Assembly: GCA_041685565.1 (NCBI GenBank)
Contig: JAWLFM010000003.1
Location: forward strand, 1 to 52,848
Direction of reading: 5' to 3'
Source of the DNA: Thioalkalivibrio sp.
GTDB taxonomy: Bacteria > Pseudomonadota > Gammaproteobacteria > Ectothiorhodospirales > Ectothiorhodospiraceae
DNA: 52,848 bases
The notes beneath the pieces are model-generated. The model saw nothing but the letters and a program-made list of their open reading frames with translations. It did no database searches and was not told the origin of the DNA. A program made the translations under genes and the position numbers. Every line of letters begins with the position of its first letter. The first letter of the stretch is position 1. Of this stretch, positions 42,601 through 49,725 are shown piece after piece.

Positions 42601-43462
42601 GGAAGCGATGGCCCACCGGCTGTTCACGCCAGCGTCCGTCGCGTACGACGAGAAGGCGACTGTCATGTTCTCCCTGCAGTTGCCGGACCCGCCCATTTTC
42701 CAGGCTTGCCCACAGGCGCACCGCGGCAGTACCGAGCATCCCGCCCTGGAGCCAGCCGCCCAGCTGGCTCCAGTAGGGCAGCTGCACGTCCTGCGCATCC
42801 AGATAGAACTCGATCCGGTCGGGGCCTGCGGGGGGCACCGTGATGCCGACATACACCGCCCCGCCGGCCTCGGGCAGGAAGCTGCCCCGCCCCACGAGGG
42901 CAAGCCCGGACCGGTCCGAACGCAGCCCCAGCGAGTCCACGCGCAGGCCGGTCTCGATACCGGTCATGCTGTCCGCCCACTGGAGGGTGGCATCCTCGAT
43001 CTGCAGCCGTTCCATGCCGGCGAAATATCGCCGCCAGTCGATCGCCAGTGAACCGGCACCGCCGAAGCGCCAGCCATGCACGTCCCACACACCATCGGTA
43101 TCACGTTCCACCTGCAGCTGGATGCCGGACAGGCGCGCCTGCCCCAACACCGGACTGCGGGCACGGAGACTGCGTAACGGGGCCAGGCTGACCCCGAGCT
43201 CCCGGGCCACGAGCGGGCCCTTGCCCGGTTGCGAGATCCGCACCTCGCTGGCCACCAGCTCCGGGACCCATCCCGACCAACCGAAGCGCAGGGAACCCAG
43301 CGTCACCTCGCGGTCGATCATGGCCCCGACCCGCTGCTCGACCACCGCTGCCAGACCGTCCCACTGGGGCAGCAACAGTCTCAGCGCCAGCAGGGCCAGC
43401 ACCAATAGCAGGAGCAGGGGGCCCACCGTGGCCAAGGTGATGCGCAGACTGCGGCGGATCAT
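39635..43462 (-). CDS. yhdP: AsmA-like phospholipid transport protein YhdP
   Basis: ~1275 aa, N-terminal TM, GAGRLLGL...RRLRLDFRD, YFVTGPWSNP; between rng and the nitrilase. Confidence 0.9.
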   Translation of the reverse strand: MIRRSLRITLATVGPLLLLLVLALLALRLLLPQWDGLAAVVEQRVGAMIDREVTLGSLRFGWSGWVPELVASEVRISQPGKGPLVARELGVSLAPLRSLRARSPVLGQARLSGIQLQVERDTDGVWDVHGWRFGGAGSLAIDWRRYFAGMERLQIEDATLQWADSMTGIETGLRVDSLGLRSDRSGLALVGRGSFLPEAGGAVYVGITVPPAGPDRIEFYLDAQDVQLPYWSQLGGWLQGGMLGTAAVRLWASLENGRVRQLQGEHDSRLLVVRDGRWREQPVGHRFQWVRDGTTAVSHWVETIPGAGHIRMEYRMPNADEGADRLVVAATGIDVGHYAPTVAGLRFRGMPELVRLAPSDPTGRLERLYVVLARHGEGWRLEAADAELRDLELQAAGATPGLSGLDARLEWADDRGELLLDSDGLRVAMPTLLAEELLFDRLQARLQVQRDPAAWHVEARHLFVENEDAALEGRGRLELGAVPELDLALRFLRADGRRVARYLPVHRLPARTHRWLATSIRTGTLTEGGLVFRGHPGDFPFADNQGVFDLWAEIEDGLLDYKPGWPAAERLSGTLHVHNATLRAEQVSGMILDSEVSGVTVVMGNLLREQEMEIRGQARGPVQDLSTYLRQSGLGRRYGPYLTGVQPQGSGALELDLLIPLHGPGPAQTRVAGRLRLEDAAWVLSEGGLRLEDIRGDIRLDPQTGIRGQGIRAQVHGEQVLLSLQREAAGAGMRIQAQGRQRLAPWIGARAAARLAAQGMAHWDAEIVIGGADDSRLELTSNLEGMQLDWPAPLAKTRGTRRPLQITWPLRREGEAIAQVRFDEVLAADLRVAPGGTDQAGEIRAVALSLGRPSPGLPALPDQGIDLRARLESIDADAWLNALTALAMDRVPIEAAAGLELLRADIEAMDGLRWAGRTFPGGRMRFESGTDGRRLFLDSEWIRGEALLSEPIAGDRPVMARDHWQVDLAHLYINQGETTGAPLHSLAPDGSADPRAWPAVDLRVADLGLGNLRLADVELVLLPATDGLELRDLRLRAPQGDVTLRGEGHWEMSPDGVVQTRIQAEATGTDWGSALNSMGVSPAMQGASGSARARLAWAGPLFAPDVAGLRGTVDIDLADGRLHEVEPGAGRLLGLVSLDVIPRRLRLDFRDVYTQGLAFDQMVGEATIEAGNLLLPELRISSPAAVVRVSGRTGLVNRDFDQSIVVVPRLRSTLPIVGALLGGPVTGAIVLLVERALGIGDQMEEAARVEYFVTGPWSNPEVRARVETEQGASEQ

Positions 43463-43573
43463 GGCCCAACCACCGGGCAAGCTCCCCCGCCCATGGCGGA
43501 CCATCCTTGGAAGGGGCGCGGATCGGAGACCGCTGGCGGAGAGGGAGACATGCCGTTCAGAAGGACGGCCTGC

Positions 43574-45058
43574 TCAAATGAACACCACGTCGAACTGTTC
43601 CTGCTGATACAGGGTTTCCACCTGGAACCGGATGGGCACGCCGACAAACTCCTGCAACTCGGCCAGGCTGGAGGATTCCTCGTCCAGCAGCAGGTCGATC
43701 ACGCTCTGCGAGGCCAGGACGCGAAGCTCCCTTGCGTCGTATTGACGGGCCTCGCGCAGGATCTCGCGGAACAGCTCGTAACAGACGGTCTCCGCCGACT
43801 TCACGTAGCCGCGGCCGCCGCAGGTCGGACAGGCCTCACAAAGCAGGTGTTCCAGGCTTTCACGGGTGCGCTTGCGGGTCATCTCCACCAGGCCCAGTGG
43901 CGACACGTCGCAGATCTGGCACTTGGCGTGATCACGCTCCAGGGCCCGGTCCAGGGCCCGGATCACCTGACGCTTGTGTTCTTCATCCTGCATGTCGATG
44001 AAATCGATGATGATGATGCCACCAAGATTGCGCAGGCGGAGTTGTCGCCCGATGGCCTGCGCCGCCTCGAGGTTGGTCTTGAAGATCGTCTCCTCGAGGT
44101 TGCGATGCCCGACGAAGCCACCGGTGTTGATGTCCACGGTGGTCATCGCCTCGGTCTGGTCGAAGATCAGGTAGCCGCCGGATTTGAGCTCGACCTTGCG
44201 CTCGAGGGCGCGCTGGATCTCATCTTCCACGTTGAAGAGTTCAAAGATGGGGCGCTCACCGGGATAATGTTCGATCCTGTTGGTCAGGTCCGGAATGTAG
44301 CGCTCGGCGAATTCGCAGACCCGTTGCCAGGTCTCGCGGGAGTCGATCCGAATCCGCTCCAGTTCCACCCCGACCATGTCCCGAAGGATACGCAGCACGA
44401 GCGGGAGATCAGCGTGAATCTCCTGTCCCGCGGCGCAGTCGGCGGCGTTTTCCTTCAGCGTGTCCCAAAGCTTCTTCAGGAACTTCACATCGTTGCGCAG
44501 CGCCCCCTCGTCAGCCAACTCTGCGGCAGTGCGCACGATGAAGCCATGCTCCGGGGCCAGTTCCGTCCGCAGCGCCTCCATGGTCTCACGCAGGCGGCCT
44601 CGTATCGCGTCATCCTCGATGCGGGTACTGATCCCGATGTTGCTCTGGTTCGGCATCAGCACCAGATGGCGTGACGGGACGGTGACGTAGGTGGTCAGAC
44701 GCGCACCCTTGGTCCCCAGGGGGTCCTTGATCACCTGGACCAGCAGTTCCTGGCCCTCACGCAGCAACTGGCTGATGGATTCGTTGCGCCGGGGCGCCTC
44801 GCCGTTGTTGCAGAGTTCCTCGCGCTCCACCGGCGCCACGTCCGAGGCATGCAGAAAGGCGGTGCGGTCGAGCCCGATGTCCACGAATGCCGCATCCATG
44901 CCTGGCAGTACCCGGCACACCGTCCCCTTGTAGATGCTGCCGACCAGGCCGCGCCGGCGGGTCCGCTCGAGGTGCAGTTCGGTCAGGATCCCGTTCTCGA
45001 CCAGGGCGACCCGACTCTCCTGCGGGGTGATGTTCATCAACAATTCGGTGCCGGTCAT
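43574..45058 (-). CDS. rng: Ribonuclease G
   Basis: S1 domain AAFVDIG, KGARLT, DINTG, RNLGGIIIIDFIDM, CPTCGGRG, QEQFDVV. Confidence 0.96.
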   Translation of the reverse strand: MTGTELLMNITPQESRVALVENGILTELHLERTRRRGLVGSIYKGTVCRVLPGMDAAFVDIGLDRTAFLHASDVAPVEREELCNNGEAPRRNESISQLLREGQELLVQVIKDPLGTKGARLTTYVTVPSRHLVLMPNQSNIGISTRIEDDAIRGRLRETMEALRTELAPEHGFIVRTAAELADEGALRNDVKFLKKLWDTLKENAADCAAGQEIHADLPLVLRILRDMVGVELERIRIDSRETWQRVCEFAERYIPDLTNRIEHYPGERPIFELFNVEDEIQRALERKVELKSGGYLIFDQTEAMTTVDINTGGFVGHRNLEETIFKTNLEAAQAIGRQLRLRNLGGIIIIDFIDMQDEEHKRQVIRALDRALERDHAKCQICDVSPLGLVEMTRKRTRESLEHLLCEACPTCGGRGYVKSAETVCYELFREILREARQYDARELRVLASQSVIDLLLDEESSSLAELQEFVGVPIRFQVETLYQQEQFDVVFI

Positions 45059-45143
45059 GCATCCTCTCTTGGGTTGGGTTCCGCGCACCGTACCGGTCCA
45101 CGGTTCCCGAAGCACGCCCTGAATCCCCTTCGCCCTCGAACCG

Positions 45144-46283
45144 TCACGCCTTGCTCGGACCGGTTGAAGCATCGGCCCGGTCCCCGCCTGCGGACTCTGA
45201 ACCGCGGGACTGCTGCGCCGGTGGCTGCGCGGGCAGATCATGACGGGGCCAGGACTTCAACACGGCATGCACCAGGGTGGCCAGCGGGATCGCGAAAAAG
45301 ACCCCCCAAAGGCCCCAGATACCACCGAAGATGAACACCGCGGCGATGATCGCCACCGGATGCAGGTTGACCACCTCGGAAAACAGCAGGGGCACCAGCA
45401 CGTTGCCGTCCAGAAACTGGATCACGCCGTAGGCGATCAGCACCCAGGCGAACTCACTGGACAGGCCGAACTGGAAATAGGCGACCAACGCCACCGGGAT
45501 GGTGACGACGGCCGCCCCGATATAGGGAATGATCACGGAGATCCCGACCATGAACGACAACAGCACCGCATACTGCAGCCCGAACCAGTGGAAGGTGAAG
45601 AAGCTGACCGCCCAGACGAGCAGGATCTCCAGAAACTTGCCGCGCACGTAGCTGGCGATCTTCATGTTCACCTCGTTCCACACCTGCCCGGCCAGGCGCC
45701 GGTCGCGGGGCATGAAGCCCATGAACCAGTTCAGGATCGCATCGCGGTCCTTCAGCATGAAGAAGACCATCAACGGCACCACGATCAGATAGATCACGAC
45801 GGTTACCAGGTGCTGCGCGGAGGCCAGTGAGACCTTCACCACCTGCTGTCCGAACAGGGTGGCCTCGGCGCGGATGGCACCCATGATGTCGAAGACCTGT
45901 TCCTCGGAGATCACCTGGGGGTATCGCTCGGGCAATTGCAGCAGCAGTGCCTGGCCCTGCGAGATCATCACCGGGAGTTCCCGGACCAGTTGCGTGACCT
46001 GCTGCGACATCAGCGGGACCAGGCCGAACAGGGCTGCGACCACCAGCGCGACGAAGCCAAGGATCACGATGATCACCGCGAGCAGCCTTGGCATGCGCAG
46101 GTGTGTCAGCTTCGATACCGCCCCTTCGAGCAGATAGGCGATGATGAGGCTTGCCAGCAGCGGGGCCAGGATGCGTCCGGCGAAGATCACCAGCAGAAAA
46201 CCGAGCAGCAGCAGGAAGGCCAGGATCACCACCTGCGGATCGGTGAAATGCCGGTGATACCAGCGCTGGAACACCTCGATCAT
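45144..46283 (-). CDS. AI-2E family transporter (PerM-like)
   Basis: YVRGK, IPYIG, QFLDGNVLVP, LHPVAII, GVFFAIPLA. Confidence 0.92.
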   Translation of the reverse strand: MIEVFQRWYHRHFTDPQVVILAFLLLLGFLLVIFAGRILAPLLASLIIAYLLEGAVSKLTHLRMPRLLAVIIVILGFVALVVAALFGLVPLMSQQVTQLVRELPVMISQGQALLLQLPERYPQVISEEQVFDIMGAIRAEATLFGQQVVKVSLASAQHLVTVVIYLIVVPLMVFFMLKDRDAILNWFMGFMPRDRRLAGQVWNEVNMKIASYVRGKFLEILLVWAVSFFTFHWFGLQYAVLLSFMVGISVIIPYIGAAVVTIPVALVAYFQFGLSSEFAWVLIAYGVIQFLDGNVLVPLLFSEVVNLHPVAIIAAVFIFGGIWGLWGVFFAIPLATLVHAVLKSWPRHDLPAQPPAQQSRGSESAGGDRADASTGPSKA

Positions 46284-46672
46284 GGGGAGGACCGCACCCG
46301 CTCGTAATGGGTTGCAAAGACGACCTCGAGTTCGTCGATCACCTCCGCCGCCGTGCGGCCCTGCATCACGTGCTGCGCCATCAGCGCAGAGGTCTCATTC
46401 AGCAGCGGACCCCGATCGAGCATGAAGTAGGTCTCGGAAAGACGACGCATCGCCTTGATCACCGACTCCTCGTCAGGCCGGGCGATCGGCTTGGGCTCCG
46501 GCAGTGGCGCGTCCGCCGCCTCGGCATCGGGCACCTGCGCGAGCAGGAACTCGGAGAATTGCAGCAGCGTGCGCAATTGCTCCTCCGGAAGCCGGCCGGC
46601 GATCTCGGCCACACGTGCGGCCGCACCGCCCTTGCCGCGCGAGGCCTTGCTGCTCTTGCCGGCCATGTTCAT
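46280..46672 (-). CDS. Hypothetical protein
   Basis: Coupled to AI-2E gene (ATGA overlap); helical domain RPDEESVIKAMRRLSETYFML...HVMQGR...VIDELE; start 46684, 46672 or 46666. Confidence 0.8.
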   Translation of the reverse strand: MNMAGKSSKASRGKGGAAARVAEIAGRLPEEQLRTLLQFSEFLLAQVPDAEAADAPLPEPKPIARPDEESVIKAMRRLSETYFMLDRGPLLNETSALMAQHVMQGRTAAEVIDELEVVFATHYERVRSSP

Positions 46673-46685
46673 CGGTGCGATCAAC

Positions 46686-47429
46686 TTATTCCGTCTCCAG
46701 TTTCAGGCTGAACACCGGCATCTTGCGCCGCTCCTGCATCAGGGAGAGTTCCGTCACCAGCCCGGCGACGACCTGATTGGTGACCTCCTGCATGCCCTGC
46801 CACTCCATCCGGGCCTCACCGAGAAGCTCGCCCATGTTGGGCGGCGGATTGTGCCGCGCCTCCATGATGATATCTTCCAGCATGCCCGGTTTCATTTCCG
46901 GGCGGAACAGCAGCCCGTAGGTCAGGCGGTCGGGACGCACCGCCAGCCACCGACCCTCGTCATCGACCAGGGTGGGTTCCAGGCCCTCCGGCAGGTCCAC
47001 GCTTCCGTGCACCAGCACGAGCACGCGGCGTCCATCCACCGCCTCGGCCAGGGCGTCACCAGCACCCGCAGCGGTCTTGTGCGCCGTCACGAACTCGGCC
47101 CGGTAGGCGGGTTCGCGCCGGGCCGTACCGCCCGCCTGCAGGGCCACGAGCATGCCGCCCATTCCCAGTCCGATCACCGGCCGGTCCGAGCGCCGGAAGA
47201 CATCGATCAGCGCCAGCTCGTCCGGAACCTGCGGATTGTGTTCCTCGTCCGTCAGCGGCCAGGCACCACCCAGCAGCCACAGGCCATCGAACTGGGCCGC
47301 CGAGCCGGGCATGTCCTGGCCCACGAAGGGCCGGTGATACGAGAAGCCGATATCCCTTTTCTCCAGCTGGGATTCTATCAGGCCCAGGAATTCCGAATAG
47401 GTGTGCTGTACGACACAGTAATTCTTCAT
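46686..47429 (-). CDS. Class I glutamine amidotransferase-like protein lacking catalytic Cys/His
   Basis: VVQH...E.LG, DGLWLLGG, PVIGLGMGG (cf. PVLGICLG), YGLLFRPE (cf. GxQFHPE); AAGGAG RBS. Confidence 0.85.
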   Translation of the reverse strand: MKNYCVVQHTYSEFLGLIESQLEKRDIGFSYHRPFVGQDMPGSAAQFDGLWLLGGAWPLTDEEHNPQVPDELALIDVFRRSDRPVIGLGMGGMLVALQAGGTARREPAYRAEFVTAHKTAAGAGDALAEAVDGRRVLVLVHGSVDLPEGLEPTLVDDEGRWLAVRPDRLTYGLLFRPEMKPGMLEDIIMEARHNPPPNMGELLGEARMEWQGMQEVTNQVVAGLVTELSLMQERRKMPVFSLKLETE

Positions 47430-48370
47430 CAGGTCTCCTTGCCGTTCATTGTCGTCGAGGCAACCGGGGAAGGCTCCTCCTGCGTGCAGTACTCGCGGAT
47501 GAAGCGCAACAGCACCTCCAGGGTCGGCACGCGGAACTTCTGGCGCGCGTGCACCAGGGAGATCGGCCGTTCCAGCGGGGGATCGAGCGCTATCGCGACC
47601 AACTGACCGAGGGCAATCTCCTTGGCGATCACGGACTCCGAGAGCATCGAGATGCCCATACCAGCCGCGACCGCCCCCTTGATCGCCTCCGGACTGCCCA
47701 GTTCCATACACAGATTGAGACGATTGCGTGTGCAGCCCTGGCGGGTCAGATATTCCATGATGACCTCGCGCGTCCCGGAACCTTCCTCCCGACACACGAA
47801 GGGCTCATCCAGAAAATCGCGCAGTGTCACCTTCCTGCGGGTCGCGAGACGATGGTCCGGTGGGACGACCAGGCGCAGGTGGTCGATCAGGCAGGCCTGC
47901 ACGATCAGGTTCCGGTTGCTGACCGGGGACTCGACCACCCCCAGGTCGATCTCACTCTCCTCCACCATGGCCACTACGGCCTCGGAGTTGCCAACCCGCA
48001 GGCTGATGCCGACCCCGGGATGACTGCGAAGGAAGGTGCCAAGCAAGGTCGGCAGCAGGTACTCGGCGACGGTGGTGCTCGCTCCCAGAACCAGTGCGCC
48101 GCCCACCGCGCCCTTCAGTTCACGCATCGCCGCCTCCATCTCCGTGTAGGTTTCGAAGATGCGCTCGGCGTAACGGAACACCAGGCGACCGGCCTCGGTC
48201 AACGAGACCCGGTTGTGGTTGCGATCGAACAGCCGGGTATCGAACTGCTCCTCCAGCTGGCGCACCTGGAAGGTCACTGCTGGCTGGGTCATATGCAGCA
48301 TCTCGGCCGCTCGCGTGAACGAGAGCAGCCGGGCCACGGTGAAAAAGACTTGCAGTCGCCGATCCGACAT
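47429..48370 (-). CDS. LysR family transcriptional regulator (CysL/YeiE-like)
   Basis: HTH SFTRAAEMLHMTQPAVTFQVRQLEE; GASTT; REEGSGTR. Confidence 0.94.
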   Translation of the reverse strand: MSDRRLQVFFTVARLLSFTRAAEMLHMTQPAVTFQVRQLEEQFDTRLFDRNHNRVSLTEAGRLVFRYAERIFETYTEMEAAMRELKGAVGGALVLGASTTVAEYLLPTLLGTFLRSHPGVGISLRVGNSEAVVAMVEESEIDLGVVESPVSNRNLIVQACLIDHLRLVVPPDHRLATRRKVTLRDFLDEPFVCREEGSGTREVIMEYLTRQGCTRNRLNLCMELGSPEAIKGAVAAGMGISMLSESVIAKEIALGQLVAIALDPPLERPISLVHARQKFRVPTLEVLLRFIREYCTQEEPSPVASTTMNGKET

Positions 48371-48500
48371 GGGCACGCTTCCCCCGGATGATCGTCCGCA
48401 TGCTAACAAGCCCGGCAAGGCCGCAATAGCAGGCGGACTTTCCCTGCGACAACTCGGCCCGGGGTTAGACTGAATATCCGAACCGAAAGCGGATGCAGCA

Positions 48501-49076
48501 ATGAGCAAGGCCTGGCAGAAACTCAACCTCGAAGGCGGCGGCCTGCAGGCCGTCAATGCCCTTCTGGCGCACGAGATGCGGTCCAGGACCCGAGCCTATG
48601 CGGCATGGATCCTGTTCCCACTGGGCCTGCATCGATTCTACCTCGCCGAACCCCGGGGCGGTGTCGCATTTCTGTCCCTGACCGCGATCACGGTCGTTAC
48701 CGCCTGGCTGGCTCCTGCGTGGTGGTGGCTGCTGCCATCGCTGCTGCTGGCGGCCCTGGCGATCCATGACCTCTTCTGGATCGATCGGCGGGTGGTTGCC
48801 TACAACAAGCAGCTGCGCATGAAGCTCTTCCTGCGCAAGGGCAAGAAGCCACCCAGGGATTACCGCGGCCGCTTCGCAGACGCGGCGGACCCGGAATCCG
48901 TCACCCGCGATCTTGCTGACTACCAGGCGCTGAAGGAAGGCGAGCGCGCCGGGCATGTCCCGTCAAGGAAGGAAGAACCCGGCAGCGTCGAGCAGTCCAG
49001 GCGCAAGCGGCAGCCTTCATTCAACGAGCAGGAGGCCCTGCTCCGCGAAATGACCCGGAGACGGCGCGAGCGCTAG
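48501..49076 (+). CDS. TM2 domain-containing membrane protein
   Basis: AY..W..FPLGLHRFYL TM2 motif, further TM helices, charged C-terminal tail. Confidence 0.8.
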   Translation: MSKAWQKLNLEGGGLQAVNALLAHEMRSRTRAYAAWILFPLGLHRFYLAEPRGGVAFLSLTAITVVTAWLAPAWWWLLPSLLLAALAIHDLFWIDRRVVAYNKQLRMKLFLRKGKKPPRDYRGRFADAADPESVTRDLADYQALKEGERAGHVPSRKEEPGSVEQSRRKRQPSFNEQEALLREMTRRRRER

Positions 49077-49269
49077 GGAGACGCTGATTAATTCGTCATC
49101 GCGAGGAGCGAAGCGACGCGGCGATCCATAAGGCAGTGATTCCATGTGCGCCGCTTGGATTACTCGCTTCGCTCGCCCTGCGGGCCAGCCTGCGGCTGTT
49201 CAACGCGCTACGCGCGTTAGTGCCGCGCTTCGCTCGCAATGACAAGTGCATTCATCAGCGTTTCCCTAG
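49073..49269. mobile_element. 197-bp CTAG-bounded MITE-like element with nested palindromic repeats
   Basis: TIRs CTAGGGAGACGCTGATTAAT / rc CTAGGGAAACGCTGATGAAT (18/20); inner GTCATCGCGAG...CTCGCAATGAC pair (49095-49243). Confidence 0.75.
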
Positions 49270-49319
49270 TGTCCTGTCGCACGTCTGATGGCGCCATTAG
49301 ACGTGCGACAGGACACTAG
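49266..49319. repeat. 54-bp near-perfect palindrome, same family as the 5715-5986 element
   Basis: CTAGTGTCCTGTCGCACGTCTGATGGCGCCATTAGACGTGCGACAGGACACTAG; one G.T pair only; ends match the tolA-tolB element TIRs. Confidence 0.88.
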
Positions 49320-49645
49320 CGGACGGCCTCCATCATGCGCCGATAGCCGGTTTCGGTGAACAGCAGCACGTGGACGCTGGAGGGATAGATCAATCCGGCC
49401 TCGCGCAGACGGGCCAGCAAGGCCGGATATTCGCCGGCGTCGAGGCGGAAGAAGTCGCACCCCTCCACCAGCCAGGACCTGCAGGACTTGAAGTGCCGGA
49501 AGGTCGTTCCCTTCGGCACCCGGTTCAGCTCATCCAGCTGGCGCAGGCTCAGGGTATCCCGCCCGCGAAACCGTATGGCCTGCGGCCCCCTCACCGCCTG
49601 CTGCGCGCCTTCAGTCCCACACGGATGGTCTGCACAATCGGACAC
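49316..49645 (-). CDS. ORF6N-domain (KilA-N-like) small DNA-binding protein
   Basis: IRFRGRDTLSLRQLDELN...F....LVEGCDFFRL...LLFTETGY pattern resembles ORF6N; start GTG 49645 or 49594. Confidence 0.65.
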   Translation of the reverse strand: MSDCADHPCGTEGAQQAVRGPQAIRFRGRDTLSLRQLDELNRVPKGTTFRHFKSCRSWLVEGCDFFRLDAGEYPALLARLREAGLIYPSSVHVLLFTETGYRRMMEAVR

Positions 49646-49725
49646 GCTCCCGTCCTTCACGCGTAGTATCACGTGTTGAGAATACCGGGAACCTGCGGCG
49701 GGTTCCGAACGACGAGGGAGGAAGC

